Shown: piece after piece, positions 59,753 to 64,000 of the stretch
Layout of the letters: each line of letters starts with the position of its first letter
Position numbering within the stretch: position 1 is the first letter of the stretch
From: Desulfurococcaceae archaeon
GTDB lineage: Archaea; Thermoproteota; Thermoprotei_A; Sulfolobales; Desulfurococcaceae
Assembly (NCBI GenBank): GCA_038824035.1
Contig: JAWBBW010000003.1
Coordinates: 1 to 64,000, forward strand
Reading direction: 5' to 3'
DNA length: 64,000 nucleotides
Notes under the pieces: generated by a model
What the model was told of the DNA's origin: nothing
Databases searched by the model: none
Seen by the model: the letters and a program-made list of their open reading frames with translations, nothing else
Made by a program: the position numbers and the translations under genes

Positions 59753-61168
59753 ATGGGTATTGAGGAGATCTTGAGTTACATAGCTTATACAATAATATGG
59801 AACCCTCTTATGCCGTTTTTCTTCCTAGTAGCTGGATTATATCTAACCATAGGTACTAGGTTCTTCCAATTCAGGCATTTCAAGACGATCGTTAAAAACA
59901 CTGTAGGCAAGATATCAGAGTCTAGGAAAATAAAGGGGGCTGGGATATTATCTCAATTCGCTGCATGGGCAACAGCGACCGGCGCTGCTATTGGAATGGG
60001 CAATATAGCCGGTGTTTCAAGCGCCATTGCCTTGGGGGGCCCTGGCGCTGTTTTCTGGATGTGGATGGCAGCAGTATTTGGAATGACAACTAAGCTCAGC
60101 GAGATCGTGCTAGGTATTAAGTACAGGAGGGTGACAAAAGATGGCAAGACGTATGGAGGGCCACCATTCTATATAGAGGAGGGGCTTGGAAAAGAACATG
60201 GCTGGCCGCGATGGGTTTGGAAAACACTCGCAGTATTGTTTACCATAACGTTTTGCTCTGTCTCAGTGATATCCATGAGCAATTACACCATTATGGAAGG
60301 TGCTATGGCGTGTTTCGGCTTATCCAGGGAAACAGCGGTGGTGGTAGGGTTGATCTACGCTATACTAGTGATCTTGATTTGCATAGGTTTCATACCAAGA
60401 GTGGCAAAAGTCGCGGAGATACTTGTCCCATTAATGGTGGTCTTATACTTTGGGCTTGGCTTAGGCGTGATAATAGCCTATGCGGAAAACTTGCCAGATG
60501 CGATAGCAAGTATATTCAGATATGCATTCACGCCGGCCGCTCCTATAGGTGGGTTTGCAGGTGCAACTATATCCAAGGCTATACAAGTAGGCGTTGCTAG
60601 GAGTGTATATAGCAACGAGGCTGGCTGGGGCAGTGCTCCGCATATACACGCGTCAGCGAGCGTTGATCATCCAGTTAAACAGGGCATGTGGGGAGTTATG
60701 GAGGTGTTTTTAGATACAATAGTGGTCTGCACAATAACGGCCTTAATAGTCTTGACAACAGGTGTTTGGCAAACCGGAAAGGGAGGTGTGGGGGCGGTGT
60801 TAAACGCGCTTCAAATGGTATATGGTACTTCAGCAACAGCGTTGCTCTATATCACGTTATTCATATTTGTGTTGACAACGTCAACAGGGTGGTACACATA
60901 CATGGAAGTTGAGGCTAGGTATTGGCTAGAGAATAGGCCTAGACTATTAAACGCCGTGGTCAGGTTTTTACAGATAGGCTCACCACTCGTGATATGGGTG
61001 ATTGGGGCGTTGGCGATACTGTATGGCATTGTCCCAGCCGTGTTCTGGGTTCTCGGCGATATAACAGCCGGCATACCAGTGTACATAAACCTAGTGGTAT
61101 TGCTAATACTATCTCCCATAGTCTTTAAAGAAGTGAAGGAGTTCGAGTCAAAGTATATTGGGAAATAG
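59753..61168 (+). CDS. Alanine/glycine:cation symporter (AGCS/AlsT family)
   Basis: GMGNIAGV, GGPGAVFWMW, GGPPFY, SNEAGWGS, DTIVVCT; GGTGA RBS before MGIEE. Confidence 0.93.
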   Translation: MGIEEILSYIAYTIIWNPLMPFFFLVAGLYLTIGTRFFQFRHFKTIVKNTVGKISESRKIKGAGILSQFAAWATATGAAIGMGNIAGVSSAIALGGPGAVFWMWMAAVFGMTTKLSEIVLGIKYRRVTKDGKTYGGPPFYIEEGLGKEHGWPRWVWKTLAVLFTITFCSVSVISMSNYTIMEGAMACFGLSRETAVVVGLIYAILVILICIGFIPRVAKVAEILVPLMVVLYFGLGLGVIIAYAENLPDAIASIFRYAFTPAAPIGGFAGATISKAIQVGVARSVYSNEAGWGSAPHIHASASVDHPVKQGMWGVMEVFLDTIVVCTITALIVLTTGVWQTGKGGVGAVLNALQMVYGTSATALLYITLFIFVLTTSTGWYTYMEVEARYWLENRPRLLNAVVRFLQIGSPLVIWVIGALAILYGIVPAVFWVLGDITAGIPVYINLVVLLILSPIVFKEVKEFESKYIGK

Positions 61169-61377
61169 TGTTTTCCACCTCCTCACCTAGACTAAAATGC
61201 TCACATTATAATCTTATAATTTATAATTATTGTGAAATACGCTGCGACGATGCCACTCTGGCTTGTCTTGTCGAAATAGCGACGAAGTGTTTTTTTTGTC
61301 TTATATCAATACTGTGTCAATGAGGGGGAAGTGTTTTTAAGTCCACTTATTACTCCATTAATTAGGGGTGTGCTTTC

Positions 61378-61650
61378 ATGGACCTTGTATCAATTTTTAT
61401 CTCTATGTTCGTTATATCCATGATCCTGGTTATCTTGGGTGTCTTATTAATATTCTTATCCATGTTGAAAAGTATTAGTGAAAGCGAAGAAAGGAAAACA
61501 GAGGCTGGAGGAGTCGTGATAATTGGTCCGTTTCCAATAGTGTTTGGGACTAGTAAGGAGATATCAAAGATAATGTTGATACTCGCCATTGTTTTAACCA
61601 TAATTGTATTCATAGTCTTCCTCATAACTATTGGTCTAGTGAGGTGGTGA
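61378..61650 (+). CDS. DUF131 family small membrane protein
   Basis: EAGGVVIIGPFPIVFGTS signature. Confidence 0.85.
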   Translation: MDLVSIFISMFVISMILVILGVLLIFLSMLKSISESEERKTEAGGVVIIGPFPIVFGTSKEISKIMLILAIVLTIIVFIVFLITIGLVRW

Positions 61651-61651
61651 T

Positions 61652-61963
61652 ATGAAATTATATCTGCTTGGTTTCACGCTCATTTTCATAGGTGTGATCC
61701 TCGCAATGGTCTCGGCTTTTTTACCACTCTTATTCACAATGATCGACGGTAAAACGACGATTAAAGGCGGGGATATCGATGTGAAGATCGGCGCTGGGTG
61801 GTGCATTGTAGTGTTCTTTATTCCAATATGTTTTGGTTTTGGCGAATATGCGACCTTGTTAATGGTGCTTGTGATCGCATTGGCAATAGTGCTGGTACTG
61901 ACAAGCTATTTATTGTATAGGCATGTCAAGAAGCAAACAAGCTATATCGCTTCACCAGGTTAG
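61652..61963 (+). CDS. DUF131-like small membrane protein (divergent paralog)
   Basis: GAGWCIVVFFIPICFG in the same topological position; operonic. Confidence 0.65.
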   Translation: MKLYLLGFTLIFIGVILAMVSAFLPLLFTMIDGKTTIKGGDIDVKIGAGWCIVVFFIPICFGFGEYATLLMVLVIALAIVLVLTSYLLYRHVKKQTSYIASPG

Positions 61964-62006
61964 GGCTTTAAGGGGTTTTATAACCTTTATACCTGAGGGT
62001 CTTGGT

Positions 62007-62216
62007 GTGATTGTGGGTATTAAAAAATCTAAAAACATGTTTGATGTAACCATATGGTCTAATGCGATGTATCCAATAACGTCTTACATTAATGTCAAGG
62101 TGTTCATCGATGGTAGACTTCCCAGTGAGTTCGATGAGCTATACGTAGAGGCTGTAATTGTTAAATATATAAGGGAGAAAGCGGAGGTATATATATACAC
62201 CAAGGTGGAGCGGTAA
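62007..62216 (+). CDS. Small hypothetical protein
   Basis: Open frame with GTG starts and GAGGG/GGTG RBS after a TTTATA box. Confidence 0.45.
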   Translation: MIVGIKKSKNMFDVTIWSNAMYPITSYINVKVFIDGRLPSEFDELYVEAVIVKYIREKAEVYIYTKVER

Positions 62217-62253
62217 AAACTGTTCACTAAGTAGGGATTTTTAGACGCCGAGG

Positions 62254-63756
62254 TCACTTCAAGTACTTCTCACTAATATATTTGACTAAGTACTCTGGAT
62301 TATATTCCTCTCCAAGAGATTTTCGTAACAGGTCCTTGGGTGGATATGTGGCTCCATATTTATGTATTCTATCCCTAAGCCAATTTTTTATTGAATCGAA
62401 ATCAAAATTTCCCACTCTGTGGTAGAGTCTCATCTCGGGATCCATCGCATACTTGATCATGGCGGCCACTATATTGCCCAACATATATCCTGGGAAATAG
62501 CCTATACTGCCACTGCTCCAATGTATATCCTGTAGAACCCCTTCACTATATGTACGTGGCCTAACTCCTAGTAATTCCTCCATGTATTCATTCCACAGCT
62601 CTGGCAGATCCGAGACTTTTATTTCACCACTAATGACGAGTTTTTCGAGCTCTGTCCTGAGGATTATATGCATATTATATGTGACCTCATCGGCATCAAC
62701 TCTGATCACGTCCGGTCTCACAGTATTGAAGTAATAATATAGGTCTTCGGCCTTGTAATCTCTAACAAATTCCAGGTGTTCTCTTAGAATGGGGTATATC
62801 AACTCCACGAATTCCAAGCTTCTACCCACTACATTCTCCCAAAAACGACTCTGCCCTTCATGAATACCTGGGCTGGCCCCTGTGGCTAGTGGCGTATACG
62901 AGAGAGCCGGATCTATTTGTAACTGGTAAAGAGCATGTCCGAACTCGTGGAGAACGCTATAAAGAGTTCTCTTGAAATCCACGCCCTCATACCTGGTTGT
63001 TATCCTGACATCGTTTAAACCCATATCTACTGTGAAGGGGTGTGGTGATATATCAAGCCTTGATTTATCATTAAACGGAAATCCAAGCAATTCGAGTACT
63101 TTTCTATTAACAATATCCATCTTAGTAACATCGTACTTGACCTTTTCAAGCGGGTGTTCGCAAGGATAGATCCCAGAGTTTATGACTTTTTGGATAATCG
63201 GCTTCAATTCTCGTTTCAAGTAATTTAAAACTCTGTCTACATCCTCTGTTTTCAACCCTTCTTCAGCCAGGTCTAGCAATGCATCATATGGATGGCTATC
63301 CCATCCCAGGTAATCAGCCGTTTTCCTAGCTAACTCGAAAATCTTCTCGAGATATGGCTTGAATAATTCGAAGTCATTCCTAGCTCTGGCCTCTCGCCAA
63401 ACAATTACCGCCTCCTGGGTCACTTTGGCCTTCTCGGCGATAAGCCATGGAGGCAACGTTTTAGCCACCTTTATAGCTCTTTTCAATACCCTTACAACAC
63501 CTCGTTCATATTCGTTTAGATCCTCTTCTTTATCAGCCCTATCGACCAATTCAATGAACTCTGGTTTCAATAACAATTGCTGGTATAGGAGACTTAGCTC
63601 AGCCCTTGCAACAGCCCTATCTCTATATCCTTCTCGAGGCATATAGGTCTCTGAATCCCAGTTCATCAATGCCATCGAGTGTTCAATCGCCCAAATTGGC
63701 CTATACTTCTCCAAGATCTCCTTTATAACCCCTTTCTCGAAGACCAAGAACTCCAC
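62254..63756 (-). CDS. Carboxypeptidase M32 (Taq/PfuCP type)
   Basis: HPF, DVRITTR, HEFGHALY, HEGQS, IRVDAD, GVLQDIHW, GYFP. Confidence 0.95.
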   Translation of the reverse strand: MEFLVFEKGVIKEILEKYRPIWAIEHSMALMNWDSETYMPREGYRDRAVARAELSLLYQQLLLKPEFIELVDRADKEEDLNEYERGVVRVLKRAIKVAKTLPPWLIAEKAKVTQEAVIVWREARARNDFELFKPYLEKIFELARKTADYLGWDSHPYDALLDLAEEGLKTEDVDRVLNYLKRELKPIIQKVINSGIYPCEHPLEKVKYDVTKMDIVNRKVLELLGFPFNDKSRLDISPHPFTVDMGLNDVRITTRYEGVDFKRTLYSVLHEFGHALYQLQIDPALSYTPLATGASPGIHEGQSRFWENVVGRSLEFVELIYPILREHLEFVRDYKAEDLYYYFNTVRPDVIRVDADEVTYNMHIILRTELEKLVISGEIKVSDLPELWNEYMEELLGVRPRTYSEGVLQDIHWSSGSIGYFPGYMLGNIVAAMIKYAMDPEMRLYHRVGNFDFDSIKNWLRDRIHKYGATYPPKDLLRKSLGEEYNPEYLVKYISEKYLK

Positions 63757-64000
63757 CTGTTGAAATATTGTGTGTTAGTGAATAAAAAATCATGATAAAG
63801 AATCCGTGAACTATGTAATGTATTGGGTATTTAACAATTAATAGGATACAAATATTTCACATTTGATCATGGCTAATTATTGACATGTACTAAGCAATCA
63901 AAATCGCGTGTTTAACAAAAGGATTAACAAATAATATTGATACTTATGCGATACATATATTAGCTCCGTGTAACATGCGGGAGATCCTGTGGATCTTCAT

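Noticed and set aside
61200-61235. TTATAAT repeated three times, flanked by TCACA/TGTGA
   Set aside because: Imperfect symmetry in AT-rich intergenic DNA; no second instance to support an operator
63955-64000. Two small hairpins after a TATA-like sequence at the window edge
   Set aside because: Truncated by the window end; cannot be identified

Overview
Chromosomal window from an anaerobic, probably hyperthermophilic Thermoproteota archaeon, Desulfurococcales-like. Support: archaeal markers (AglB, an ESCRT-III/CdvB paralog, ThiDN, Agl24-like glycosyltransferase, KaiC/RAD55, DUF763), TATA promoters and GGTG(A/G) ribosome-binding sites. I saw no rRNA, tRNA, CRISPR array or transposase. Three things stand out. 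(1) 3175-8750: a five-gene hybrid [NiFe]/[FeFe]-type hydrogenase operon in which the HydA-like subunit and the [NiFe] small subunit have reciprocally swapped halves around the large-subunit gene. The H-cluster domain is degenerate, the promoter carries overlapping palindromes, and a Cys-tailed AbrB/PhoU regulator follows. (2) About 25-42.8 kb: a partly decayed catabolic island joining GH127 and GH51 arabinofuranosidases, proline-specific peptidases and a HypD-type glycyl radical hydroxyproline dehydratase with its activase. It looks like a pathway for arabinosylated hydroxyproline-rich glycoproteins. (3) 43359-43549: an unannotated 191-nt element whose minus strand folds into one 93-bp rod (64 perfect bp plus 29 inner positions with 8 G-U wobbles), with a TATA box placed to start transcription at its first base. 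I also found two small ORFs missed by the ORF track and several frameshifted or truncated genes. All family assignments come from motif recognition by eye, not from database searches.
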